From: Octopus vulgaris
Lineage: Eukaryota
NCBI GenBank assembly: GCA_951406725.2
Contig: OX597817.1
Coordinates: 25,854,001-25,918,000 of the forward strand
Length of the DNA stretch: 64,000 nucleotides
Direction of reading: 5' to 3'
The notes under the pieces are model-generated. The model was not told where the DNA came from, did not search any database, and saw nothing but the letters and a program-made list of their open reading frames with translations. Below are positions 12,986 to 25,437 of the stretch, one piece after another. Position numbers and translations under genes: made by a program. Each line of letters opens with the position of its first letter. Position 1 is the stretch's first letter.

Positions 12986-13399
12986 TCCATGTCCAGGACC
13001 AGATTGATCCCCAAATCTGATCAGTTTGTGCCAGTCACGAGGCCAAACATCTTTGAAAGTTTCATCTGAATCCATCCAGCAGTCCTTGAGATATCTTCTC
13101 CACAGACAAACAAACAAATGAACAAACATGACTGAAAGCAATACCTCTGCTTTGGCTTAGGCAGAGGTAATAATAATAAGAGCATTGTCACTGTGACAAC
13201 GATTACAACCCGTGTAAATTTTTTCTTTTTTATTTTCTTTGATACTTTTTCCCTTCACATGACTTTATAAAAGAATAATCTGGTGTTTTTATTTTAATGA
13301 CCTATCAATGTATACAGTGAGTTTCTTTGCCCTAGGTGTTGGGAAGGCACTTGGCAAGATATGGAAACAAAACTGAAAGAAGGAGAACTAATGATAGTA

Positions 13400-13432
<33 letters not shown>

Positions 13433-14450
13433 GTGTGGTGTTGCACGTTCGAATGACCTCTACTCAAGTCTACGACGTCTTGACTTCTCCCTCTATATCT
13501 ACGTATTGGGCTAGTCTACTTCATCGTCTGGGGGCGTCGACACAGCAGATGATAAGAATAAGAATAAGAATAAAGATTTACAAAGGGTACTCAGTAATTG
13601 ATGAAACCCCCAAAACAGGATTTAAGTATGTCTAAGCTAACTGCTTTTTGCAATGTAAAAATGTGTCTGGCGAAGTATTTACTGTTTTCTATTATGCACA
13701 ATGTTGGCTAAAAGCTATAGATATACTATGTACTAAAGAATATCAATGTAACGGAATACTGTTAACGCACCAGTTATTCACGAAAAGAAATTATCAAATG
13801 AAAATCTCCAGCAAAAATGTAAGTTGAAGTTGTGCATTAAAGGAAATGAATATCTGAAAATAATCTAATTTAATATATACAGAAACATGTTCAGACAATT
13901 TAATAAAACCAGACTTTACTATACACATCAGCTGTTGATTTCATCCTAGCTGGGCAGAACTTCACCTCCATGAAGAAATACATTAAAATTTTTCTGAATG
14001 ACTGCTGCTCAGTAGACTAAAGATTAAGTGTATCTATTCACTCATCTGTTTCATTTTATTTTATCATGTAGACTAATATTTTATGCCAATTATACATAAT
14101 TTTGAAAGAACTTAACTTTGACTTACAATACAAGCAAAAATTATGCACAAAAATATATTTATTAATGAGATATACATAATCAAAACATATCTGCCAATGG
14201 TAGAAGATTTGTGCATACATACGATATAGAATACTTACACTATAGCTGAAGTTTCAAGTTTATCTCATGCTCCAGATTTGAGGTGAAGAAGAAAAGGAGA
14301 AACATCTATGCTACTCTACAATTGGGAAGAACTGGAAATGATATAGTTAGTGGATGATATAGTAAGACTGCACACTTTACTGAAATGTATGCATGCATAC
14401 ATATGTGTGTATATGTATGTGTGGGAGTGTATGTCTCTCTTTCTCTCTCC

Positions 14451-14484
<34 letters not shown>

Positions 14485-14497
14485 TATATTATATAAT

Positions 14498-14804
14498 TAT
14501 ATCACCGTGACCGACCAGGCTATCAGATGTTGTTACACATCACTGGTCACAATGCGCTTCGCATTGTTTTAGCCTTCAAATGACGCTACCCCGTTGGCTA
14601 AGCGAGCAGGCCAACAGAAGAAAGAGTGAGAGAAAGTTGTGGCGAAAAAGTACAGCAGGGATCGCCACCACCTCCTGCCGGAGCCTCGTGGAGAATTAGG
14701 TGTTTTCGCTCAATAAACACTCACAACGCCCGGTCTGGGAATCAAAACCGCGATCCTACGACTGTGAATCCGCTGCCCTAACCACTGGGCCATTGCACCT
14801 CCAC
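14498..14804 (-). mobile_element. SINE family B, tail type 1
   Basis: Minus strand gtggaggtgcaatggcccagtggttagggcagcgg...ttttgattcccagaccggg (tRNA head); body shared with 27552, 42575, 46767. Confidence 0.85.
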
Positions 14805-14824
14805 ATATATAATTATATACACAC

Positions 14825-15310
14825 ATAAAATCAAAATAAGTAACAAGATTTCAAGTATAAGTGGAATACGACCGGTTTTAAGCTGTTCCATTTAATTGAA
14901 CAATGCAAGCAATATCAATATAATTTTTCTCAAATATTTTATCGTAGCTAGAGGATGGAAGAATTTCATGTTGCTATTATTGCAGCAAGAATAATCTAAG
15001 AGAAGAACAACTATAATTTTGGAGTGGCATGGAACATAGTGGGGGTCATAGGATTGTAATTCATTTTTAATTTTATTTTATCTACCTTCTTATCACCAAC
15101 AAAAGATCTAAGGCTAGAATACTACTAATTTGAGAAAAATTATATTAATAATTCGTGTCTGTTGAAAATCCATATTTCTTGCAACTGAAGATAGCACTAT
15201 ATTTAAATTGATGTAATGTTTGCATTGTTCAATTAAATGGAGTCACTTGAAATGGTCGTATTGCACTAATACTTGACATACTTGACATTTTTTAAAAATT
15301 CACCTTACTT
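14825..15310. mobile_element. PLE pLTR with 5' inverted partial copy
   Basis: 14835-14912 is an inverted diverged copy of 15215-15290; the + copy carries the hammerhead at 15180-15265. Confidence 0.65.
15180..15265 (+). ncRNA. Hammerhead ribozyme motif (stem II decayed)
   Basis: tgcaa-CTGAAGA(15185-91)...GAAA(15249-52)-tggtcg-TA-ttgca; perfect 5-bp stem I. Confidence 0.65.
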
Positions 15311-15438
15311 TGAGCTGTGCAGTTAATACTGGACTGACTTGGTGCCTCAACTTAAGTACCTAGTTCAACTGAATCTTAATTTTTTCTATATATATATATA
15401 TATATATATAATTTTTATATATATATATAATTATTTTT

Positions 15439-15525
15439 AACCTGATGAGCGACTATATTTATTTCAAAGTGATTTCTCTACTACTATAATCATTTCTTAA
15501 ATATAGCCACGAAACACGTGTCGTT
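15439..15525 (+). ncRNA. Minimal type I hammerhead ribozyme
   Basis: aac-CTGATGA(15442-48)-gcgactatattt...aaatatagccac-GAAA(15511-14)-CACGTG-TC-gtt; palindromic stem III, GUC site, stem II 10 of 12 pairs. Confidence 0.75.
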
Positions 15526-15717
15526 TTTCTACCTATTATATACGTTTTTATTATTGTTTGCAATTTACTTAATCCTTGACATTTTATTGTTATTTTAATT
15601 TCAATTTTTCTATTATATGTAATTTTCTAGATGGTGTAATTTAATTGTTCATTTTGAATTGAGAAAGCTGGGTTTTTTTCTAATTTATATATATATATAT
15701 ATATATACATGTGTGTA

Positions 15718-15900
15718 TCATTAGTGATTTTCTTTCTCCGTCTTCCCTTCTTGGGAATTTTCTATATTTCTGATGAAGAGCTCCACTCAAAACAATGAAA
15801 TCCTCTTTCTTTACTTTCCTTTTCTGAGTGTCCAATAAGAGTACTTATTCCACATCCTTGCATTGTTTTTTTCCTTGCTTGTTCTTGTTTGGATTGACTA
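15718..15900 (+). mobile_element. Short pLTR-like element with decayed hammerhead (15767-15800)
   Basis: ttt-CTGATGA-A-GAGC-tcc-ACTC-AAAA; same architecture as the 16120 motif, with GAAA changed to AAAA. Confidence 0.55.
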
Positions 15901-15907
15901 TACATAC

Positions 15908-16042
<135 letters not shown>

Positions 16043-16254
16043 GATCGCCATGTTGATTCGTTAGCTACTGCACGCATTTTTTTTCTCTCCTTCTTTCTGT
16101 GTTTTTCTCTCTCTGTGTATCTTTCTGTTGAAGAGCGTAGGCTCGAAACGTTAAAGACTTGTTTTATTTATATTTCCTGAGCGCCATACTAATACAATTG
16201 TTCGTTTGTTTTCCACCTGCCTTCGTCTTTTGTTTATTTTCATAAAGCTTCCCG

Positions 16255-16256
<2 letters not shown>
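16043..16256 (+). mobile_element. Short pLTR-like element with variant hammerhead (16120-16157)
   Basis: tcttt-CTGTTGA-A-GAGC-gtag-GCTC-GAAA-cg-TT-aaaga; flanked by (TA)n; homologous to 7476-7662. Confidence 0.65.
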
Positions 16257-16297
<41 letters not shown>

Positions 16298-17322
16298 CAT
16301 ATATATTTATATGCATAAATGTTGAACAACAAGAACGAGTGCTCAACACTGCATTGGTGGATAGAATTTCTTTATTTGTGTATTAAGGCTACCATTGATT
16401 TCATGTTGAGAAAACTAATCTTAATAACAAGTTTCAAACCAATTACATGGAGGAGCGGTTTTCATCTCCATTTTGGATGAATGTGTGCATGTGCGTGTGT
16501 GTTTGTGTATAGATAGATAGATAGATAAATACAAAGTGAAGTAGACAGATAGAGAGAGAGAGGGAGAAAGACAGACAAAGGCAGAGACAGATAGATAGAC
16601 AGACAGACAGACAGGTAAGTATGTAGTTAAGCATGCACAGGAGATTCTCAACAATAATGTACATAGGCATGACTTTGTATTAATTAAAATAATTCAGGGT
16701 GTTTGTATGCCATCATAAGTATCAATTTTTCATGTATCTGTAGGACATTAAAAGAAATTTTTGTAGGGACAGCAGCAAGGAGGAATTATATATGACTGTT
16801 CTTTTAAATTGCTTATATGCTATCAAAAAATTAACCCCATCTGATCTTAATGTTAAAACAAAGTAACAGTTACAAAATAGTACGTGGTTTGAAAATACAG
16901 ATTATAGGATACATTTCAAACAGTGTAAATATAATTGTCCTTAAGTAATAACCCCAGATGAGGTAAAGATTACACAATAGTGTTTATGAAAATGTTTTGT
17001 AGAAGTCAGAAATAATGGGTTGTAGAAATGAGATGGTAAATGGATATATATTTCATATATTTTACATTTTTGGGATTTTGAGCAGAAAATGTTCCTGCCT
17101 GTTGAATAATTTTTATAATAGAATGAAGTGTAGGCAATCAGATAACTGTTAGCTGTAAAGAAAAAATAAATGTGCATGCACATTTAAACTTGTAGAAATA
17201 AATCTATAGAAGCAAGTCATTGGCAAATATCTAGTTGGATAAGAGCGAGAGAGAAAGAAAAGAGCCAAATAAGACAGCTTTCCAAGTCTACCATTAATCT
17301 CTATTTCTACTTGGGCAAAATC

Positions 17323-17486
17323 TCTGATTGGTTAGATTAACCAGTCAGAAATTTTAACCAGCTAGATAAACATAAGCAGCAAAGGTGAAATTAAATTATC
17401 ATCTGCATGAGCTTGCTACATCAGCCTCTTCTTTATATATGCTGAGAAAACAGCACACTACAATCAATATCAAGCATCAGGTAAGT
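17323..17486 (+). promoter_or_regulatory. Candidate Pol II core promoter plus very short first exon
   Basis: Dyad tctgattggttagattaaccagtcaga (17323-49, includes inverted CCAAT), TATATAT 17434-40, consensus donor CAG|GTAAGT at 17480/81. Motif-only evidence. Confidence 0.25.
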
Positions 17487-17599
17487 AAAACAGATAGAAG
17501 TAAAATGACTAACAGAAGTAAACTATATAAAGGGTATTAGTCAAGCAACAGATACAAAATACTATGAACATGTATGCAATAAGCAAACTAAAATCCATG

Positions 17600-17800
17600 A
17601 AGCTCTGGCAGGGAGGGGGAGGGCGACCCCTGTTGTACTCTTTCACCACAACTTTCTCTCACTCTCTCTTCCTGTTTCTTGAGTAAAGCTGCGATGGACT
17701 GGCGTCTCGTCCAGTTGGGGGGAACACATACACCACAGAAACCAGAAAACTGGGCCCATGAGCCTGGCTAGGCTTGAAAAGGGTGCAAAGAAAGAAAGAT
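17600..17800 (+). mobile_element. SINE family B, 5'-truncated, tail related to type 2
   Basis: gctctggcagggagg...tgtactctttcaccacaactttctctc...gggcccatgagcctggctaggcttgaaaagg. Confidence 0.7.
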
Positions 17801-17809
17801 TATATAATA

Positions 17810-17919
17810 GACTTTGGAAAGATGTCAAACTAAGTAAACCAGTGTCAGATTTGAGGTTAGAACTTTAATTACCTAATCAAAGGCAGTAAAAACATTTTGC
17901 CTCTCACCTCCTACCAACT
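17810..17919 (+). repeat. 110-bp direct repeat, copy 1 (copy 2 at 20402-20511)
   Basis: gactttggaa.gatgtcaaactaagtaaaccag...ctctcacctcctaccaact; about 4 mismatches between copies. Confidence 0.9.
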
Positions 17920-19883
17920 AAAATCTATATGATATACATGAAAATTTGCAAGTGAAGGCCACATCAGTGTACATGAGTGTGGGCAATGCAAGTTGACCAG
18001 CAAGATGTGTCTTCATACTGGAATATTTGTATAAAATAAAGGTGACATGATCTCTCATAGAAGTGGATTTGCAGAAAAGTGGAACTAAAATGATGTTAGT
18101 ATTTTTTTAAAATCTATATAGTTTGCTTACATGCTATCAAGTATTCTAAATAAATAGTTAAAAAAGGTTAAAAAGTATTCTAAATTAAGGTTAAATTGAA
18201 AGGTAATAACTGCAAAAAGCTTGATGCTCCTCAACTGCATAAATTATCATGTATATTGTAGCTGTGTTGCTATCAGTCCATATTTGTGTAAGAATATCAA
18301 GATTGAACACCATTATCCACCAGAGTGAAAGGAAAATAAAGACTTGTTGCTGTGAGATAGGTATGAAAATTCTACAGCTAAAAGTTTGAAAAGATTAATA
18401 CTAATTTAAAGCAAAGTCAAAACATAAACTGTTCCTTTATTAGGGAGAATTAACGAATATGAAAAAAACACTAAGACTTTACAAAAATCTTATAAAAAAT
18501 CCATGAACTATGGCTGTAATACAAATCTATGATGAAGCTAAAATTTTGTCAGAGCTCTGAACTCGTCTATAGTTTTTGACACATACCTTGCCTGCTTTCA
18601 CACTGTGCTGTTTAATTTATTGTCAATAGGAACTATACATAGGTACATCACATTAGCCAACAGGGAAATTAAAAAGAAGAGGCCATCCCCATGGGATCAC
18701 TTGACTTGTGAGAAATAGCAGTTAAAATTTCCTTCACATAGCATTCTAATTTCTTTTGAATGCACCTGTAAAATGTTCCTGCTTTAAACAATGTTTGTGG
18801 TTTGATTGCCTTGACTATATGTCTTAAGTGATATTAACAAGGCCGATACTATAATCGATAAATATTGTCTTAACATACAGTTTTGACTCTGGGTTTTTGA
18901 ATGCACCCCCAGTCAGTTATGTGAGTGCACACAGTCATGTCTTTGCTGAACCTCAAATGCCTAAAAGCCCTTCTTTTAGATCTGTCTGAATTTTCCTTCT
19001 ATGTGATAGATGGTGCGCAATAACCTAACCATGATATCTTAATCCTATCCTTTACTGACATTCACCACCAGGTGTATATCTTAATCTCTGACAAGAGATT
19101 TCATGACGGTGGCATTACTACATTTACTGTTACATTGATTAATACATTGATACAGGCAATGTCAGTTGGTAATACTGCAAGCATCTTGTTAGAACATGAC
19201 ATGTGGTGATAATTAGGCAACTACCACCAAGTATATTACAAATGAGTTTAGCAAGAAGACAAGCTGATATCGCTGAAAATGATAAAAGAATTATGATATT
19301 AAAACCAAATTACTTGTCAGTAATATTCTAGATAATTAACTATTTCTGAATTCTACCAATCACAAATTCCTATTCACTCAAGCTGATTCACTTTCTAAAG
19401 ATAACTTTATAATTTTCCAATCAATGCTGTAAATGCAAATTCAAACCCAGTTCATTTCTGTAATATTTCAATTATAACAGAATCAAGTAAAATGTCCTAA
19501 TCTAAGACATATCCAGTCTCCTTTACTTTCACTTTTAATCTGATCAGTTTATTGCATATACAGTTGATATCAACTTTTAAATTATAAATTATTTTCTCCA
19601 CTTCTGAGGTGACATCTTTAGTAGATCTTAACTTTTGGTTAAAAATGCAAACGAAAAAAAATGGTTGAATAATAGTTATTCTTAATTATAAAAAAATATG
19701 CTTTTCATAATGAAATTAGCAATTATTAATAATTTATGATTTGCCTTAAATTTTCGTGACTATATTAAGAATACTGGTAAATCTTTATCCACAATTCTTT
19801 TACTTCTTAAGCCACACTGTATGTGGATGGTATGGTCGGTTACATGGAGCCCAATACTTATTTTATACGCAAGTGATTATATA

Positions 19884-20396
19884 CCGTAAATCCTCAAGTA
19901 TAGTCCACCCTTGAGTATAATATGCAAGGGATTTTTAGGGGGTTGTACCTCTGTAAAACCTAAACCTTGTGTATAATACACACCCCTTCTCTAACTTGAG
20001 TCGTGCATAATTAAGCCACCAGCACCTAGTCGAACAAACACTTCCTCACATGTATAATATAATAATGGTGATGTTCTTAACTGTTATATGAGAATGTGAA
20101 TATGTTTGCAAATTTTTTTTCTTACATGTTATTCTGTGTTCTGAATACTTTTATTTTAATAAATGTTGCTTACTGCAAGTTATAGATGATTTTTCATTGC
20201 TTTCAAGCTTAGCTTAAGGTATTTTTGCACCTGACATCACAAAATGCGTCTAAATAAATATTGCTGGACAGCAAATAGAGACTTGGACATTGCTTAGAAA
20301 ATATTTTTCATTTTTAACCTTATATATAGTATCCACTAGGGATTTTGACCTTTAAATTTTGGGAAAAAAATTTGGATTATACTCGAAGATTTATGG
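19884..20396. mobile_element. pogo/Tigger-like MITE
   Basis: TA-ccgtaaatcctcaagtatagtcca ... tggattatactcgaagatttatgg-TA: ~24 bp TIRs and TA duplication. Confidence 0.8.
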
Positions 20397-20401
20397 TAAT
20401 T

Positions 20402-20511
20402 GACTTTGGAACGATGTCAAACTAAGTAAACCAGGGTCAGATTTGAAGTTAGAACTTTAATTACCTAATCAAAGGCAGTAAAAACATTTTGTCTCTCACC
20501 TCCTACCAACT
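20402..20511 (+). repeat. 110-bp direct repeat, copy 2
   Basis: Near-identical to 17810-17919. Confidence 0.9.
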
Positions 20512-23500
20512 CTGCCATGTACTCATTATTATTAATGTCTTACATTTAACAGCATTAATATTAAAAGCATGATGGATTGTTGCATGTATTTTTACATAAA
20601 CTTAAAAGTACACCATAATTATTTTGATTATAATAGAAATATTAGCATTGCCACAATGGCGTTGAAGAAAATCTTTTTATAGATATTTATTTTTCATGCT
20701 CATCACTTAAATGTTGATTTTTTTCAGAATATGTTAGAATTCAAAACAACCACTATTGAGCCTGGTAATAAGTTAACTATTAGTGATACTGCTTAATAAG
20801 TTAATTACTAATGTTACTGCCTAATAATAAGTTAATTAATTGTGCTAATGCCTAAGATTTCAGTTCAACATGGCAAGTTAGCAAATCCATCATCAGTTAT
20901 TCTGTATCCCAAGTAGTTAATCTGCACTTTCTCATGTTTCATATTTACATTCACTTGTTTTTTTTTCTGTCAAGAATTTAACATTTAATCATACAAATAA
21001 TGCAAGATAGAATGTATCAGTTTCGTTTTGGACTTGGCTTTGTTTCTAAATTTGTTCCATTTAATTAACGAAATCATTTTTAAAAATCTATAAATGCCTG
21101 AGATGAGTTATTGCTGTGATCATTATTTTTCAGATTATTTCATTTTATTATTAGATATATTTTAATATTTACACCTACAGTGTGTTTCAATCATTTTGAT
21201 CATTGATCTTCTTCAAGCACATTATTACTGAATGTATTCAGAGTTCTAGACTGAATCAAAACTAGGAACATTTATTTCTAAACTACATATGAATCAGTGG
21301 ACTAAAGATGGCGTTAATAATCCAACAAATTATAATTTTTATCAAACTATTTCTTATTATTGAATAATTATTCTTGTGTATCTCATTGCTCATAAATGAA
21401 TGTAGTAAATGAGTACAAAGAAAGTTAATTGTATTATTCTATAATTTAAGAATTAATGAAAATTTTAAAACTGAGATTGAGTTCAGATACCATATATGCA
21501 CACAATGTAATTACATCCCATCCATACGGAACAATAATCCTTTCATTAAAAGATGCCTTTTTCCTGTCCTTTAGTTAGTTGCATGACTGAACAGATGTAA
21601 TTCCTGCCCTAAATTTTACTGATTAGGTAAGTCTAATATTTCTAAGCAATTACATAAAAAGAAATATCATTAAAAGCATGTCTTCCTTAAGAAGAGAAAA
21701 TAGTAAATAGATTAATAATAAAGTTTTTTTCTTAATTATTTTATTTTCCAATTACTTTTCAAAAATTGGAAGTAAAAGTTAAATATATGAATTAATTAAA
21801 AAGAAAACAAGATTGTGTAATTAAAGCTATAATTATCCAATATTTAAAATTACATTCTGACTGGGCATATAATTTGTCTGGAAATGTTCTATTTGGTTGA
21901 CTGAATGGAAGGCAAAACCTAGCATTAAATGTTTTATCACACAAATTTTGTATTTTTATGAATGTTCTTTTTCATTTCTCTTAAATGAATTAAATAAATG
22001 TTAAATTAGATATAATACCCATCATTTAATTGGATAGTTGTTTTGTATTTATTCATTTATTTCTATTACTGATCATACTATTGGTGTTTATTACATTCGT
22101 ATCAAATTATGTTAAATCAAACAAAGCAAGTGTTTTACATGGTGACATTAACCAATTGAAATTTGTATTTCTTCGCTAAATGTTGTTTGATATTTATTAA
22201 ATTATTATTGTTGTTGTTTTCGTTATTGTTGTCATTACCATTATTGTTACTATCTTTATTATTATTATTATTATTGATATATTTTTGAGTGAAATTTGTT
22301 ATAAAGAAGAGTTTAGAATGTAATTATTGTTTCAGTTTTGAAAGTCATCAAAATAGTATTTTCTGTATCATTTCCTGTTCTAATTGCAAAAAACAATTAT
22401 TTAATTTTCTTCATCCATGATTAGGAAGTAATTCAGCAGTTTAACAAAACAGTTGTTTTTCATAATGGTGTTACAGTTCTCTGAAAGTATACTATGTATT
22501 GCTTTATGCCTAAAACTAGAGTCAAACTATTAAGCAGTTCACTTGCTTTTTTAAAGAAACAAAAGAGCATTTATAAATTACAAACTATATCTTAAGGTTG
22601 TAAACATACTAAAATTGGTTCAGGAAATACTTTGTATTGATAGAAGTAACTCTTGCATAGTTTTCTGTTTGTCATATGACCTGTTATAATGAAATAAAAA
22701 CAGTGTCAATGAATTTCTTATAATCTCCTACATCAAGTGACCAGACTTGCTGAATGGGTCATTAGGAAACATTGCTAAATTAAGAGAACTTTGCAAAAGT
22801 ATATGAAAGGCAAAACAGTGTAAAACGAAAGAAGAAAAATAGATGTTGTTTAAGTAGTAATAGAAGAAGTAGATGAAAAAAATGGTTCAGTCGGTGGCTG
22901 TTGTATCTAAAACAGATCTCACTGGTTATGAAAAATCTAAAACCTGTGAGCACTACTTGTTCTCGTGGTCAGGTACAGATCTAGGAGAGAGGGTTGTAGA
23001 GATAGTATTTACTTGCTTGGGCCCAGGTATTATCAAGAATCTCAAACAAATTGTCTATGAATTGAAAACTAGCATTCAATTTCAGCATTCCTGGTTACAC
23101 ATATATTTAGATATTTTAGATGTACCAAGTACACAATTTTTTTATGTTTATTCATTCATGTTCTGAAGACATTACATTCTTACATTATGTATGTGAAGCA
23201 ATACATGTTTGTGTTTAGTCTTTGATACTCATGTTAACATGATGTTGGACATTGTGAGTTAGACTTGTAGAAGCAATTATGCATGATTTAGTTTGATATA
23301 TTAGTGTAGCCATCAAATCCAATAATCTAATAAGAAATAAGTTTGAATTAGCAAATGATTAATTTACAGAAATATAGTGTTCTTTCTATAAATCTTTGTT
23401 TTACAATATCAAAAAAGCGATTTAAATTTGCTAAACTCTTTGTGCTTTTATCAGATTCATCATGTAAACAATATCTTTTACATCAAAGTACAAAAAATAT

Positions 23501-23770
23501 AAGTAGATGATATATATATGAAACTGATGGCACAAAATGAATTGCAAAATTTAAGTATTATACACATAAACATAAAAAGACTTTTACTGCAGTAACTTCC
23601 TTAGAAAAGAAAAATTTTCATGTTGACAATGTACTCAACTTAAACCAGTTCCTTCCATACGGAACATAGACTATCAACAACTTTTCTCCACTGTTGTTAA
23701 CTCTGTCTGTCTGTTGTTGACACAGTCTGTTTCTCTCTAGTTGGATACCTGCCTTTTCAGTTTTACTACA

Positions 23771-24160
23771 CCTGGCCTCCGTGCCGGTGACGCGTAAAAA
23801 GCACCATCCGATCATGGCCGTTTGCCAGCCTCGCCTGGCCTCTGTGCCGGTGGCACATAAAAAGCACCATCCAATCATGGCCATTGCCAGCCTCGCCTGG
23901 CCTCCGTGCCGGTGGCACATAAAAAGCACCATCCGATCGTGGCCGTTTGCCAGCCTCGTCTGGCACCTGTGCTGGTGGCACGTAAAAAGCACCCACTACA
24001 CTCATGCAGTGGTTGGCATTAGGAAGGGCATCCAGCCGTAGAAACATTGCCAGATCAGACTGGGCCTGGTGCAGCCTTCTGGCTTCCCAGACCTCAGTTG
24101 CACAGTCCAACCCATGCCAGCATGGAAAGTGGACGCTAAACAATGATGATGATGATGATA
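23771..24160 (+). mobile_element. SINE-like family D with ~3.5 tandem 62-63 bp internal units
   Basis: Units cctggcctccgtgccggtggcacataaaaagcaccatccgatcatggccgtttgccagcctcg at 23771, 23834, 23896, 23958; then gttggcattaggaagggcatcc...(GAT)n tail. Confidence 0.85.
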
Positions 24161-25276
24161 TCTTATGGATTCACAGTATCTGAAGCTGATGAAGCATAAG
24201 AACACAGGCACATGCATCCCACATTTTAATGCTGTGATTTGTAACCTAGCTCTGTGTATTTTCACAGCCATTGTACATAAACACAACAACTCTTTCCATG
24301 ATAGTTATACTACAACAAAGGTCTTTCTACATTTGAGTACACATGATCATGTAATGTAGATGTACATAGCCGCATTTTAGCTAATGCTGCTTCATGTGCA
24401 TTTTATCATGCATCATTACATTTTTCTTTTGGTTTAACTGTGAATTGGATTTGTACATGAATATAAGAACTTACGGCTGTAATTTAGAAGAGCTTCAAGG
24501 GTATTATCAAACTATCCATAAAACCTATCATCCCTACATTTAAACATGTTTGTTCAGAAAAGATAAGCCTAAAATCAAAAGTATGGAGTATATTTCAAAG
24601 CAGCCACTCTTGCCTACTTACAATAGAATCAGCAAATTTTTGCATTTTATCTTTCCCAATAATTTTATCATATGATTCTTGGCAACATATCATTTAATTA
24701 ATATATTAACCCTCATATTTGAACACAGCTATCCAACTGACATTGATCTATGCCTTTTATTTCAATCTGTTGAAAATATTCTTTTTGAAAAATATAGAAA
24801 TTTTGCTTAATTTCTGATACTTAAAATTTACTAAAACGCCATAAAAATGAAGAATTGATGAAACATTTTATTATTTGCTAAAATTTAAAAAGAAATGTAT
24901 TAATTACAAGTTGAAATTGTACAATATAACATAAAACAAATCCTAACCATCAAATTCTGATCAATGAAAATTTATTAAAAAAAAAAACGAAATTCTAATT
25001 GTAATGAGTGGCTTTAATATTAATACAAAATGAAAAATGTGTTTTGTTTTAACAAAAATGATAGTTTTTCATAACTCTTTCTATTAAACTTTTAGTTTTT
25101 CCGTCAAATATCATTGTGATTACAGCATTGTTTTTAGAGTTATTTTTCTTTTCTGGTAAGCAATTAGTATCTTTGAACTTTTAGAAGAGAAAGACCATAC
25201 CCACCTCCACCAGAAGGTAAATAAAATACAATTTTCTTTTATATTTATTCTATTCACTTATGTGTGTATATGAATG

Positions 25277-25316
<40 letters not shown>

Positions 25317-25397
25317 AACATACATATATACACACATATATATATTCATGTACGTACATACGTATGTATATGTGTATATGTATATATGCGTGTATGC

Positions 25398-25437
<40 letters not shown>

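Larger units (their letters stand above)
12179..13170 (+). mobile_element. Helentron-associated non-autonomous element (HINE-like) interrupted by two family A SINEs
   Basis: 5' aacaagagcactcagagagcacaaacctctaccaagg; internal aagtttcatctgaatcc and (ACAA)n; 3' hairpin tacctctgc...gcagaggta echoing the 5' subterminal acctct motif. Confidence 0.65.

Noticed and set aside
17810-20511. LTR retrotransposon or TRIM bounded by the 110-bp repeats
   Set aside because: No TG...CA termini, PBS, PPT or TSD visible.
20850-20900. CTGATGA...GAAA on the minus strand (similar at 33044, 55870-55920, 62607)
   Set aside because: No pairing for stems I and II; chance motifs.
23771-23995. Regularly spaced repeats resembling a CRISPR array
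   Set aside because: The whole 62-63 bp unit repeats with no unique spacers; eukaryotic SINE context; no cas genes.
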